DNA of 63,872 nucleotides, the filler included, from Kipferlia bialata (lineage: Eukaryota): assembly GCA_003568945.1 (NCBI GenBank). It is 4 parts of 4 records of this genome, joined end to end, with 100 filler letters (N's around TTAATTAATTAA, not from the genome) between each part and the next. Parts side by side here need not be neighbours in the genome. Positions count along the whole stretch, not along the records: positions 20,706 to 41,256 come from BDIP01000370.1; 3 more parts are not named here. The stretch is one strand, 5' to 3'. Under the pieces are notes generated by a model. That model ran no database searches, was not told the origin of the DNA, and saw only the letters and a program-made list of their open reading frames with translations. Shown here piece by piece: positions 26,701-40,470 of this stretch (the stretch's first letter is position 1; every line of letters begins with the position of its first letter). The position numbers and the translations under genes are program-made.

Positions 26701-29700
26701 CGATGGGACCACCGGTATGACGTGCCCTCTGGGTAAGTACTGTCTGGAGGGTACCACTGATGCTGTCGAGTGCTCTGAGGGTTCTTACAACCCCAACACT
26801 GGTGGCACAAGCTCTGATGCTTGCCGTACCTGCGACGGTGGTTCTTACTGCTCGGGCACTGGTCGTTCCGCCGTAAGCGGTGATTGTCAGCAGGGATACT
26901 TCTGCCCTGCAGGCTCCACCACTGCTAACCTCGAAGCTAACATCTGTCCTGTGGGCCACTACTGTCCAACTGGATCCGAGAGTGCTATACCATGCGAGGC
27001 AGGTACCTTCCAGTCGTCCACAGGTCAGTGGACCTGCGACACGTGCACTGNNNNNNNNNNNNNNNNNNNNNNNNNNNNNNNNNNNNNNNNNNNNNNNNNN
27101 NNNNNNNNNNNNNNNNNNNNNNNNNNNNNNNNNNNNNNNNNNNNNNNNNNNNNNNNNNNNNNNNNNNNNNNNNNNNNNNNNNNNNNNNNNNNNNNNNNNN
27201 NNNNNNNNNNNNNNNNNNNNNNNNNNNNNNNNNNNNNNNNNNNNNNNNNNNNNNNNNNNNNNNNNNNNNNNNNNNNNNNNNNNNNNNNNNNNNNNNNNNN
27301 NNNNNNNNNNNNNNNNNNNNNNNNNNNNNNNNNNNNNNNNNNNNNNNNNNNNNNNNNNNNNNNNNNNNNNNNNNNNNNNNNNNNNNNNNNNNNNNNNNNN
27401 NNNNNNNNNNNNNNNNNNNNNNNNNNNNNNNNNNNNNNNNNNNNNNNNNNNNNNNNNNNNNNNNNNNNNNNNNNNNNNNNNNNNNNCTGCTGGACACTTC
27501 TGTGGAACTGCTGGTATGGATTCGGTTGGAGCTGAGTGCAGCGAGGGTTACTTCTGCCTTAGCGGGTCTAGCGTCAGCAACCCAACTGACACTACCCATG
27601 GCAACATCTGTCCTGTTGGCCACATGTGCCCAGCCGGCTCAGCCGCAGCCGACTCCTGCGATGCCGGTACCTATCAGAACGAGGAGGGAGAGGCTGTCTG
27701 CCTAGCCTGCCCTGCTGGATACTACTGCCTCTCCACCTGCACTGACTACTCCCCTAACACCTGCCCCCTTGGCTACTACTGCCCTGAGGGTACTTCTGGC
27801 CCCAACGTACACCCTTGCCCCCCTGGGACATACGGTGGATCCTCAGGTCTCAGTGCTGAGGGTGAGTGTCTGGCCTGCACTGCCGGTACGTACTGTGCTG
27901 GGTATGGGCTGAGTGTGGAGTCTGGGGACTGTTCTGAAGGCTACTACTGCACCTCAGGTGCTAGCACCAAGACCCCCTCTTCTGAGGATGAGGGCGGAGA
28001 CCAGTGCTCACCTGGAAACTACTGTCCCGAGGGATCCCCTGCTGAGATTCCATGTACAGTTGGCAAGTACTGTCCTACCTCTGGTCTTGCTGAGGCCACT
28101 CTCGATTGCGCTGCCGGTAGCATCTGCTACCTGGGAGCATCAATCTCTGCCCCCATTGACGGCACCACTGGTGAGGCCTGTCCTGCCGGCCACTACTGCC
28201 CAGCTGGTTGCACCACCGAGCAGAAGTGTCCTGCTGGTACCTACAACCCCAACACCGGAGGCACCAGCAGTGACGCCTGCCAGGCCTGTGATGTCGGCAA
28301 GTACTGTGCCGGCGAGGGCCTTGATGATGTCACTGGAGACTGTGACGCAGGGTTCTACTGCCCCTCTGGCTCTAGCGTGTCCAACCCAGGTGCCACAATC
28401 TGCCCTGTTGGCAACTACTGCCCTGCCGGCTCTGCTGACCCTCTTCCCTGCCCTGCAGGTGAGTACCAGAGCAGCACCGGTCAGTCCACATGTGACGAGT
28501 GCCTCGAGGGGTACTACTGCGAGGAGGAGTGTGCCACACCGGAGGAGTGCCCTGCTGGTAGCTACTGTCCTGCCGGTACCACTAGGGCCACTGAGTTCCT
28601 CTGTCCCTCTGGTACCATGTCTCTCGTGACTGGTATCACACAGTCCAGCGACTGTACGTCCTGTGCCGCTGGTAGCTACTGTGCCTTCCCTGGTATGACT
28701 GACTCTGCCGCAGACTGTAGTTCAGGGTACTACTGCCCTGCTGGCCAGAGCTCTGCCACGCCTGTCGACTACATCTGTCCCATCGGCTCATACTGTCCTG
28801 TGGGTTCCTCCACCCCTACCCCTTGCCCAAGCGGTACCTTTGCCCCTACTACCCAGGGCACTACCGTGGACCATTGCACTGCATGTACCCCTGGTAGCTA
28901 CTGTGATAGTGTCGGGCTTGGAAGTGTCGCAGGAGACTGTGACGCTGGATATTACTGCTCTTCAGGTGCAGTGGACTCTCAGGATGCGGAGTGTACCGTT
29001 GGACACTACTGTCCTGTCGGCTCCTCCTCGCCCATCAGCTGTCCCTCTGGTACATACACTGATGAGGTGGGACAGTCCGAGTGCACAGCCTGTACCGCTG
29101 GGTACTACTGTGACGGAACGAGTCCCTCCCTCCCCACTAGTTGCCCTGCTGGATACTACTGTCCTGAGGGGGCCTCCAGTGGGTATGTCTTCCCATGCCC
29201 CATCGGCACCTACAACAGTGGGGGAGGCCTAGAGAGTGAGGATCAGTGCACGCAGTGCCCGGGTGGCCAGTACTGTGGGTCCAAGGGCCTGTCAGCACCT
29301 TCTGGTGACTGTTCCGCTGGATACATATGCTCTGGAGGCAACACCGCATCCATGTCGCTCGCTAACGCATGCCCTGTGGGCCACTACTGTGAGGCTGGGA
29401 GCAGTGCCGCAGAGCCATGCCCGACTGGCACCTACAACCCTAGCACAGTTGGACGCTCTGACGGTGACTGTGTCCCCTGTCCATCTGGCAAGTACTGTGA
29501 CGCCACGGGTCTCTCTACCCCAGTGGGGTCGTGTACCGCTGGATACTACTGCACAGGTAGCTCCCCCACCGCTACTCCAGCTCTCGTGGGTGGTGTCGAT
29601 GAGTATGGATCCACCTGTCCCATTGGGTACTACTGCCCAGAGGGATCTTCTGCTGCCTACCAGTGTCCTGCTGGTGAGTACCAGCCCCTGCCCGGACAGT

Positions 29701-32700
29701 CCACATGCGAGGCCTGTCCAGAGAGGTACTACTGCGATGGTAACGAGATCACCCCCGTGGTCTGTCCTCCTGGATACTACTGTCCTGCTGGTAGCGTAGT
29801 CTATGGAGACAACCCCTGTCCCATCGGTACCTTCAGCAGTGAGGAGGGACTTATGGAGGAGGCTGAGTGTGTCGCATGCTCTACAGGTAGCTACTGTGCT
29901 GTCCCTGGCTTGTCTGCGCCCACTAGTGAGTGCAGTGCAGGATACTACTGCTCTGGAGGTGCATCCACGTCCACCCCTAGCGACCCTGACGCCAACAATG
30001 ACAAGTGCCCTGCTGGGTACTACTGTCTGGAGGGTACTCTCTCCCCCGTGGCCTGCCCTGCTGGTACCTATGGTATCTCCACAGGTGGCACGAGCGAGGG
30101 AGACGCCTGTATCCCATGTGGGAGCGGGGACTACTGTGAGGACACTGGTCTGACCGAGGCTACTGGACAGTGCGCTGCTGGCTACTTCTGCAAGCAGGGT
30201 GCTTCCTCTGCCACGCCGACCCTCGATGCCACGTACGAGTATTACGGACCCTGTCCTGTGGGCTACATGTGCGAGGAGGGCACGTCCCTCCCCACTGCAT
30301 GTACCAAGGGTACCTACAACAAGGATGAGGGACAGAGCTCCTGCCTCGACTGCCCTGCTGGGTTCTACTGTGAGACATCGGGAGTGAGCGAGCCTGTTGC
30401 CTGCCCAGCAGGATACTACTGTCCCACTGGTACTGTCAACTTTGTTGATACCCCTTGCCCACCAGGTACCTACAGTGGTACAGAGGGTTTGAGCTCTGAG
30501 GACTCATGTGTGGAGTGCTCCCCTGGTATGGCATGCCCCTCGGCTGGTCTCAGTGCACCAGCAGGGAACTGCAATGCCGGATACTACTGTGAGGGCGGGT
30601 CAGACTCCTACTCTCCAACTGACTCCACTGGTAATGCCATCTGTCCCGTTGGACACTACTGCGATGCTGGGTCTGCCAGCCCTGTGCAGTGCCCTGCCGG
30701 TACATACAACCCGAGTACCAAGGGAGACTCCATCAGTGACTGTCTGGCATGCACGGCGGGAATGTACTGTGAGAGTGAGGGTCTTTCCTCTCCCACCTCC
30801 TACTGTGCTGCCGGTTACTACTGCCCTTCCAGTGAGTCTATCAGTGACTCCAAGCCTGACGCCTTCATCTGCCCTGCTGGCTCGTACTGCCCTGCTGGCT
30901 CTGCGTCAGCTATCGAGGTGCCAAGTGGCAACTACCAGTCTGACGAGGGTGCGTCTTCTTATGAGACATGCCCTAAGGGATACTACTGCATGAAGGGTTC
31001 ATCCACACCTACCATATGTCCAGCTGGCAACTACTGTCCAGTCGGCTCTAGCACTGGTACCAAGTGTGATGCCGGTACATACTCTCTGAGTGAGGGTCTT
31101 GGCGAGGCCTCAGAGTGTCTGGCCTGTATCTCTGGCAGCTACTGTCTCAATGGTGTGGTGGCAGACGAGTGCACAGGAGGGTACTACTGCACCTCTGGCG
31201 CCTCTACCCCAACTCCCTTCGACGGCACCACTGGTGACATTTGTCCCATCGGCTCCTACTGTCCCCCTGGGTCTTCTTCCTCCACCCCCTGTCCCGACAA
31301 CACCTGGTCCACCTCTGAGGGTGCAGACGACATTGACAAGTGCGGCACATGCCCAGCCGGATACATCTGCACCTCTCTCACCATTGAGGTGTGCCCTGCT
31401 GGATACTACTGCCCCCTCAATGAGGACCCCCAGGCCTGTCCCGTCAACACATACAACCCCGACACACAGAGCTCTGACGCCTCCTCCTGTATCACCTGCC
31501 CAGCTGGGTACCTGTGCGATGAGGTGGCTGTTACATCTGTCTCCTCGAGGCTCTGTGACGTTGGTAGCTACTGCCCCCAGGGTACTCCTGTTGCTGTCAA
31601 GTGCCCTGCTGGTACCTACCGTACGGAGGCAGGTGGTGCCTCCGCTGATGACTGTGTGGCTTGCTCAGCTGGCCACTACTGCCCACTCGGCTCTCAGTAC
31701 GAGATTGAGTGCTCTGCTGGATACTACTGTCCCGATAACTCCTCCAGTCCCACTCTCTGCAGCGCAGGTACCTGGTACCAGGACAATGCAGATATCCACG
31801 AGAGCCTCGAGACAACATGCTTCGACTGTCCCGTTGGATACTACTGTGCCGACTCCCGGCGCACATCTTACGCGATGTGTGAGGCTGGCTACATCTGCAC
31901 TGGCAGTGCCACCACTGGCACCCCCCTCACTACCGAGGAGGGAGGATACATCTGTCCTAGCGGGTACTACTGTGAGGCTGGAGCTCTGACTCCCTCTGCG
32001 TGTCCCCCTGGCACCTATGGTGCATCCACAGGTCTAGGCTCCATTGATGAGTGCACAAGCTGTCTGCCAGGCAGCTACCAGCACCTGTACGGACAGAGTG
32101 CGTGCAGTACCTGTGGTGCCTCTTCCTACTCTGAGGAGGGCGCAGTCTACTGTGAGTGCACTGGTACTTACAGGGCATTCCAGACAACCGACGCCAGTTG
32201 CCTGTGCTATCCGGGATATGAGTTCTACGATGCTGCCCAGCAGCTAGGCTCTGGTGACTCTACCATTGACTGTCAGCGCATTGTGTACGATCGCTGTACC
32301 ACTGCCCGTGACGCCAGTGGCAACTGCATCACTTATGATTCAGACGGCAATGTCGTATCATGCTCTGAGTTCTGTGTATCCGGGTCTGGTACCTACGACT
32401 CCTCAGGTATCTGTGTCTGTTCGGACCTTCAGGACGAGGACACTATCTGCAACGCGGCGTGTAGAGCGTCAGCGACTGAGGTCACCTATGCCACAGGGGA
32501 CGATACCCTCTCTGTCACTGACCCATCGACTGGCACTACATCGGAGATTGACACCACTAGCGACTCCTTCGTGGGCCAGCTCACCTGTTCAAGTGCAGAT
32601 GGGTGCAGTCTACACGCCGTTGTCGGAAACGACGAGGGTTTCGTGGGAGTGTACAACCTTCCAGATGGATACTTCTCAACCGAAGCATCTGTCGCCACGA

Positions 32701-35700
32701 CCAAGAGCGACGATGTGACTGGAATCAGACAGCCCATCATGTGTCTTCTCCTAGGAGAGGGTATCGTGTGGGACGTTTCTGCTGGACACTACCCCGTGTA
32801 CGAGAAGGACTCACTCTTCAACTCCAACGATGACTTCGATTACGGAGTCTTCAGGACCCTTGCTAGGAAGATTGAGGCAGGAGGTTCTGTCTCTGTGTTT
32901 GCATACACCTTCACAGAGGCTGGTGTCTACGTCTTCTACGACGCTGGCGACACTGCCAAGCGCATGATTGTCACAGTCCTCGAGGACGGTGAGAGCTGCG
33001 GCAATGCCTACGCGATCTCCACCACCAAGCCAGAGACCCTTGCCCAGCTTGGTATCTCCCTCTCTACCGACATCGTCCTGGCCCCTGACTGGGTCCTGAT
33101 CCTGCTCTTCTCCATGCTGGCTGTTAGTGTGGTGGGCGGCATCATATCCGCCTTCCTGGTCTTCAACAAGAGGTCCTGGGGCTCGTCTCTCAAGACACAG
33201 CCCAAGTACAGGTCGGAGGCCAAGTCCTTCAACCTCGACTCCCTTGCATCCAAGGGCCAGTCCTTCTCCAAGCATAAGAAGGTGCACCCTGCCGCTGCCA
33301 CTGGTGCTTCCCCTGCCCCTGCTGACGCCGGGTCCCTTGCTGGATCTCTGGTATCTGCAAACGGTGCAGCGGGAGAGACCGAGTACCGTTCTGATTTTTG
33401 GGACTTTGAGCGCCAGGTTGACATCGAGGGCTTCTCCGCTCGCGATCTCTACAAGCAGCTCGACAGCCAGACTTCGAGTATCGCTGACATCGTCTCTGGA
33501 AGGCAGGGCGAGTTCCGCCACTTCTACCAGTCTCTGCGTTCTGATATGGACCAGCTGAGACAGATGGTTGTGGGCCAGCTCAACATGATGACCGAGGGCC
33601 AGGACAAGCTCGGAGAGGCTGTTATTGAGGACCACTCGGCTGCACTCGAGCAGATGCTGTCGCGTAAGTCTCGCGCCTCTGCCTTCGCAGCCGTGCTCCG
33701 TGACCAGTACCTAGTTGTGACAAACGAGTTGAAGCAGCGCCAGGCTTTCGAGCTGGCCGTGCGCTCCACTCAGGACATGATATCTGGGTACAGAGAGGAT
33801 ATGATGAAGGTGATCCTCGCTGAGCTCGACGACCCCAACGCCCAGGACATCGAGGAGTACATCCCAGTCATCGACGACGCCAAGGACGCCATCAACGCCC
33901 TCGTTGACGCTGTCAGGAACGAGCTCGACAGACGTGGCCTCGACGACCAGTCCGTCATTGCAGGAGGCGCTCTCATCATCACCCCATCTGGTGTCACTAT
34001 CGACCCCCAGTCCCTGGTTGGAGAGGGAGGAGACCCCGTTGCTGTAGACAGCATCACCTTCGGCTGCCCCAACACTGGTCTCATCCACCCCCAGCGTGGC
34101 GTTGACCTGCAGCTGGCCTCAGGGGAGGTGCTCCCAGTCAGTACCGACAACGCTAGGGAGTTCTGTGTGCTGCCTGTCTCTGGCATGGTTGTGCCATGTG
34201 TGGCAAGTGTCCTAGTACAGCGAAACACTGGCTCTGTAGTCCATGTTGCACAGACTGTCTTCTCACAGGACCTGCCCGACCCCGAGGGTGCATTCCTCCC
34301 CTACCACCCCACCCCTCCCTTCTGCTCCATGGTCATCCCCTCAGACGCCGATATGGTACTCAGCGGGGGTGCATCTGCCTTCACTGATCCCGTCACAGGT
34401 TTCAAGGTGCCTGTCTTGTCTGTCACTGTCGACCACCGCAGTGGGGTCCTGATCCCCCTTGGAGGCACTGTGCGTGACCCAATCTCCAACGCCCTAGTGC
34501 CTCTAGCCGACGGACAGCCGTTCATGCCGCCTATCCAGGGAGAGGACACTGACTCTGAGGTGATACTGCCCATTGGCGGCATTGGGTTCAGTACCAATGG
34601 CCAGGTCATCCCCCTTGTCGCTGCCACACCCATCGGTGATGGAGAGAGAGACATGGCTGCTGGATTCGGCAACGAGTACATTGACCCCATGACTGGCGTT
34701 ACCAAGCGCTCCACTGGACTTTGGGTACCCACCAGTGGTGACAACGTCCACCTCTTCACAGGGCCCAACGAGACTAGGATGTCCGCCAGTGAGCTCTTCA
34801 GCCTGCTGCGCTATGCCGAGGCTGTCTCCACCGATGTAGAGGCCCTGCACAGCCTGATATCCAACCTCACTGATATTGAGAGGCTCACCAATGCGTCTCT
34901 GTCCAATGCTGAGAACATGGAGCAGAGAGCCACTGCCCTTGCCTCCAAGCAGGCCTCTCTGGTTGACATGTACCGCCAGGCCAACACACTCAGCACCAGT
35001 CCCAGCCTCATGAACGCTATTGAGGAGACATCCACCGCCAGACGCCGCTCCAAGGCTATCTGGATACGCAATGCCCTCAGGCTCAAGCACGAGATCAAGG
35101 AGTGCGAGAGAATCGAGGCCACTGGTGAGGTACCTCCCTCTGTTCTCGCTCTCTCCATCAACGGAGGTCACCTCTCCCGAGGCATTGCCCCAGACGGTAC
35201 CGAGATCAACTCCAACGTGACTGAGAGCGACATCCAGAGGGTGGCTGCCATCAGTGACAGTGAGACTGCCTCGCGCCAGGCCTACCACCGCCAGGTCGAG
35301 GACGCCCTGGCTAGGCTGAAGGGAGAGATTGAGACTGCCAACCAGCTCTTCATGCAGAGCCCCATGGTGGAGCCCAACAACTCTGCCGCACACGCTGCTG
35401 AGCTCGCAGACCAGATTGGTGCCATGGTGGCTAGGATAGCAGGTGTGGAGACACTGGTAGAGTCTGAGTCCCAGAGGCGCTCTGCCCTGCGCCAGTCCCT
35501 GGCCAACGCCTCGCCGTATGTACGGCGTGTGCTGAACAACCTTCTGGACACCTCTGACGACAACGTTGCCGAGACTCTCTCCTACATGCGTGGTATCGTG
35601 GACTCCATCGAGGGCGGTGCCTCCGACGTCGCTGACGCAGACATCAAGATCATCAAGAAGCTGCAGCGGTCCCGCGACCCAGTCTCTTCACTCTCCCGCC

Positions 35701-38700
35701 GCACCCAGCAGCTGGGAGACATCACCAACGAGGTCATGATGAACGTGGCCAACATTGGCATGAGACTCGAGGCGTCTGAGCGCCTGCTGCAGGGGGACAT
35801 CGAGGACGAGGGCATCACGAGGAGCCTTGTCGACGACTTCTCCCAGGTGCAGACCCTGATTGTGCAGAGTGCCAACCCGGTGGCCGAGGAGGAGGCTGCC
35901 GAGGAGCAGGACGAGCTATCCATGCTGCTGCAGAGGATGATGCAGCTGGTCGGCCTCGATGCCGCGGCCCTCAACCCCCAGGGAGTCCGCGCCTCTTCCA
36001 GCCTGAGCTTCGACTCCCGTGGAGGCGCAGTGTCCCCCGACCCCATGTACATGGATGATGACGAGGACCTTCACTCCAGCATGGTGTCCCGCAACCAGTC
36101 CAGAATGTCCTCGGCTATGAACGGCCTCGAGCAGCAGCGTGCAAGGCTGCAGTCGAGAGTGCACGGCAAGGACGAGAGGACCAGGCTGCTCAGGCAGCTC
36201 GAGAGTGAGCGCCAGGCTCTGGAGCAGTCCCTGAACGAGGAGGCTGCTAGGCAGAAGAACCTACTCGATGAGAGACTGGCTGCCCGTCAGCGCGCTAGGG
36301 ATGCTAGCAGACGTGTGGCTGAGCTTGAGAACGAGGTGAACAACCAGGATAGACAGAAGGAGGAGGAGGAGGCGGCTCTCGACAGCGAGCTTGCAGCTGA
36401 GACCGCCGCCACTAGGGACGCCGTGACTGCCTCTATCACCAGTGCAGGCGAGGCTGCCAAGCAGCAGTTGGAGTCTGCACACCAGGCTGAGCTGAGCGGT
36501 AACCTCACCGACTCTGCCAAGGCTGCTCTTCTGAAGAGACATGCCGAGGAGGCTGCTAGGCTCGAGGAGCACCTGGCGAGCGAGGCTGAGAGGCAGCGCG
36601 GTCTTCTCCAGGCTGAGCTGAAGGCACGCAGGAAGCGCCGCATGCTGGATCTCGCCAAGCAGAGTGCCAACGACAACTACGCGCTCTCTACTGCCCTAGA
36701 GCAGGCCAAGGCTGAGCTTGCCGAGAGTGAGATGGCTGCCGAGGAGGCCGAGAAGGTTTCTGCCATATCCGACATGCTCACTCAGAGACACGTCGAGGCA
36801 ACCTCAGAGCTCACTACCCAGCTAGGTAGGGAGCTCGCCTCCTGCACCACCAGTGCCGGTAGGGCAGCCATTCTGCAGCAGCACGACGAGAACCTGCAGC
36901 GCCTCGACAACGACCTCGCTGTGGAGCGCCAGAAGCAGATGGCCGACCTGAGGCAGAGGCTGAGCCTGAGGAACACAGAGAGGCAGATGAAGGAGGCCCA
37001 GAAGGAGCAGGCCAACCTGCGCAAGTGCGACACCGTCAAGGCCAACGTCTCCAGGGACCTGGTTGAGGCCGAGACAGCCGAGGAGGAGGCCCAGGAGCTG
37101 AGGGCACAGGCTGCCTCTGCGGCTGCCCAGCAGCACGAGGAGGAGATGAAGCTGCGGAAGAAGACAGCCCGGGCCCTTGCCGGAGCCACCACTGCCGCAG
37201 AGAGGCGCCAGTTGCTGGCCCAGCACGACGAGAGGGAGTTGCTCCTCCAGGACAAGCTGACCATTGAGAGGGAGAGACAGGACCAGGCCCTTCAGGTGAG
37301 TAACCTACTACTCTTCAATACCCTGGCACTAGTATATATACTGGTATGTATGACTGATATCTTTACTCATCCCTAGGCCAGGTTGCTGGCTCGCAAGAAG
37401 CGCCGTATCGCCGAGATCGAGCGTAAGCGCATGCACACACCCGCCCCCCGCCCTCCCAGTGTAGCTGCTGCACCCGTTGACGTACAGCTGAAGCAGGAGG
37501 TAGGAGATCATTCTATGTTGAGTATACATGATGATTATTCTAACAGTGCAGGTCACCCAGATGATGGAGGATGTGTCCAGGGAGTACGAGCAGGAGGCCG
37601 AGCAGGATGTGATTGAGGAGAAGCAGGAGGCAGACGACTTTGAGGCCAGGCAGAGGTCTGAGGAGGAGGCCCTTGAGAAGGAGCTCGAGGCCCAGAACCA
37701 GGCCGAGCTGAAGCGGATGCAGGTGTTGCATATATATTGCGAAGTCGATACTAGTCCCTTTGTATGTATGTGGAAGGAGAGAGAGTATCTGACCCCTAGG
37801 AGAAGCAGCAGGAGGCCATCACCGCCGCCGTTGCCGATCTCGAGAAGGAGCACGACCGCATCAAGGCAAAGAAGATGTCTGCCGACAAGAAGGGCGAGCT
37901 GCTAGCTGCCAACAGGGCCCATGTGGCCAAGATCGAGGAGGGCATGCAGGAAGAGCAGGCCAGGCAGAACCAGATGCTGGAACAGAAGCTGGCCATGCGC
38001 GCCAAGAGGAGACGGATGCGTCTGCAGCAGAGGCAGCAGGCGGAGTCTAGAGAGGCTCTGGTTGCTAGGTGCCAGGCGGCTGACTCCAAGGCCCGTGCCC
38101 GTGCTGAGGTTGTGGAGAAGAGGGTCATCCAGGAGATCTCTGAGCGTGGTGACGGCCAGGTCTCTGACATCGTGGAGCTGACCCTCCAGAACAGGCACAC
38201 TGGGGAGCTGGAGCAGCTGGTTGCCAGGCACTCTGAGGTCCGCGAGCGCATTGACGCCGAGACCTCTGCTATGGTGGACGCCCAGTATGCCGAGAGGGAG
38301 GAGGAGATGCTGACCCAGAACATGGCTGAGCTAGAGCAGCTGAGCGCCAGAACTGACATTGACGCCGCCACCAAGGATAGGCTCAGGGCTGATACCGAGG
38401 GCAAGCACCGCGCCATGTCGGCCAGGCTCAGGCAGCAGCACGAGAGTGCCAAGGCTGATAGCCTCGCAGACTCTAGACAGAGACTCGAGGAGGAGCTGGC
38501 TAGAGAGAGGAGTGATCTCTTCACCAGGCAGCTGTCAGACAGGATGAAGGTATAATTACTGGTATCGCATGTCTCTAAGAGTGTCGTTGTTGGTGTTTCT
38601 GACGTTCAGGTTATCCAGGAGCTGTTCCCCGAGGCTGGCAGGGACGCCCTGGTTGCAGCCTCTGCCCAGCAGCAGGAGCTCGACGCTCTCAGGATGCGTA

Positions 38701-40470
38701 TGATGACTGCTAAGGAGGCAGAGGTATGTGCTTCAAGGATATTGTCGTGTCATTATGTGTCTCCATAAGCCACGGTCTATTCGATGTTCACTTACCCTCT
38801 AGGTCAAGGCTATGGAGGAGCGCCGCGCTGCCATTGTCGAGGAGGAGACTAGGCGCATGCAGGCCGAGTTTGCTGAGATTGAGAGGAAGCAGCAGGAGGA
38901 GAAGGCCAAGCACGGGGCCCAGATTGTAGAGGCGAGGAAGCGCCTCGAGCTGCAGCAGGCCCAGCTTCTAGCCGCTGAGAAGAAGAAGCAGCTGCGGCGC
39001 CTCTCCATGGCCCACTCTGACGGACAGAGAGCGCAGCTCATCGCTGAGTTCCAGGCTCAGACCGTGGCCCTGGAGGGTGCGCTCAACAGCGAGAGGGAGA
39101 GACAGTACGCCCAGCTGGAGGCCATGCTCAACAAGAGGCGCGAGGCCAAGCGCAAGCAGCGTATCAAGGCTGCCCAGCGTGAGATGGCCGACAGACTGAA
39201 GGAGGAGGAGGAGGCGAGGGCGAGGCGTCTCGAAGCCCTGGAGGACGAGAGGCAGCAGAACGAAGTTGCCATACTTGAGCAGCAGGAGGAGGAGGCCCTC
39301 AGAGCCACCGAGGCTGAGGGTGCTCAGGTGGCAGAGGCAGACGAGGAGAGTGAGAGAGAGGCAGAGAGAGAGCCTGCCCTCCTCAAGCCTAGCGCTGGTC
39401 GCCACGCCAGGGGTAAGCACACGCGTCCCAAGCAGGGTGCCCACGTCCACAAGGCCAAGGCCAAGAGGACCGGTGCACTCGACAGAGGCTCTGTTCTTGC
39501 CGCCTTTGAGGGCTCAGAGCTCTACACCCACATGGCCGCCATCGTAGCTGCCTCCCAGAGTGGACTGCCCAAGGTGGTCCACAGCCCCAGGAGCCCGAGG
39601 AAGGCTAGCCAGGGCCTGGACACCGCTGCTCTCAGCAGATACTGTGACGACAGGGACGCTCTGTTCACCCCGGGCACCAGTCTGTCAGTCGTGCCCAAGA
39701 GCAAGCTGAGCCCCAGGGAGCAGGCCACCCTCGCAGAGAGCAACGCCGCCCTCAAGCGAATGCTGCCCCCTCTCCTCAAGAACGTGAGCCTGCGTGTTGC
39801 GTCTTCCATGCCTGTCCAGTACCCCGAGACTGTCTTCCCCCGCTCCTACAACTACAGCGCCAAGGACAAGATTCTCTTCATCAGGAGGGACAGACTCAAG
39901 CACACTGGCGAGCTTGGAGTTGTCCTTGCCCACGCCGTGGCCCACGTCGAGACCAACACCTCTGCAGACGCTGACCCCAAGTTCGTGCGTGCCTTCTACT
40001 CGAAGCTTGCCTCCATGCAGGTTCCCGAGGCACCCAAGGCTCCCGCTGCCCCTGAGAGGCCTGTCTCTAGCAGGCAGGGCGCCAGGGGAGGAGAGGCCAG
40101 TGCTGAGGAGCTGGATGAGATTGCTAGGCGTGTGCGTAGCCTCGAGGGCGACCTGGGTACCTCTGATACTGTACCAGAGCCCGCTGAGGCTGAGTCCTCT
40201 AGGGAGTGGCACCAGACGCTCTGCAGACACGAGGCCCAGGCCCTTGAGAACACCATCGACACCCTCAACCAGCAGTTCATCAAGCTGCGGGGTGGGGCTG
40301 CTGATGATGCTGGTACCAAGGCTGAGCTGGAGAGAGTGCAGCTGAGGCTGGCACAGTTTGAGGAGAGACTGGCGCAGGTCAGACAGACAGAGAAGGACTA
40401 TCTCAATGGGTCAGGGGCAGACAGAGAGGCCGCCGATAGGGAGGCCTTCCGTCGCATCTCAGACCAGTAG
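20706..40470 (+). CDS. Giant (about 6,400+ aa, 5'-truncated) Cys-rich GCC2/GCC3 (ephrin-receptor-like) repeat protein with one transmembrane helix and a long coiled-coil C-terminal region
   Basis: Open frame 20706-27050, an N gap, then 27487-37295, with many CPAGxYCP / CxxCxxGxYC repeats. Block YPVYEKDSLFNSNDDFDYGVFR at ~32790; TM WVLILLFSMLAVSVVGGIISAFLVF at ~33090-33165. Further exons 37377-37499, 37552-37722, 37800-38549, 38610-38723 and 38803-40470 splice in phase 0. Confidence 0.9.
27051..27486. other. Assembly gap inside the giant Cys-rich CDS (estimated size; causes an apparent frame change)
   Basis: 436 N. Both flanks encode the same repeat type in different nominal frames. Confidence 0.95.

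Noticed and set aside
26880..27535. Apparent frameshift or two overlapping giant ORFs (2265 aa and 3498 aa)
   Set aside because: The frame change falls within an estimated-length N gap; a single CDS is the simpler explanation.
20869..40345. Many long antisense and alternate-frame ORFs over the giant gene
   Set aside because: These are shadows of GC-rich biased codon usage in a repetitive CDS, with no independent motifs.
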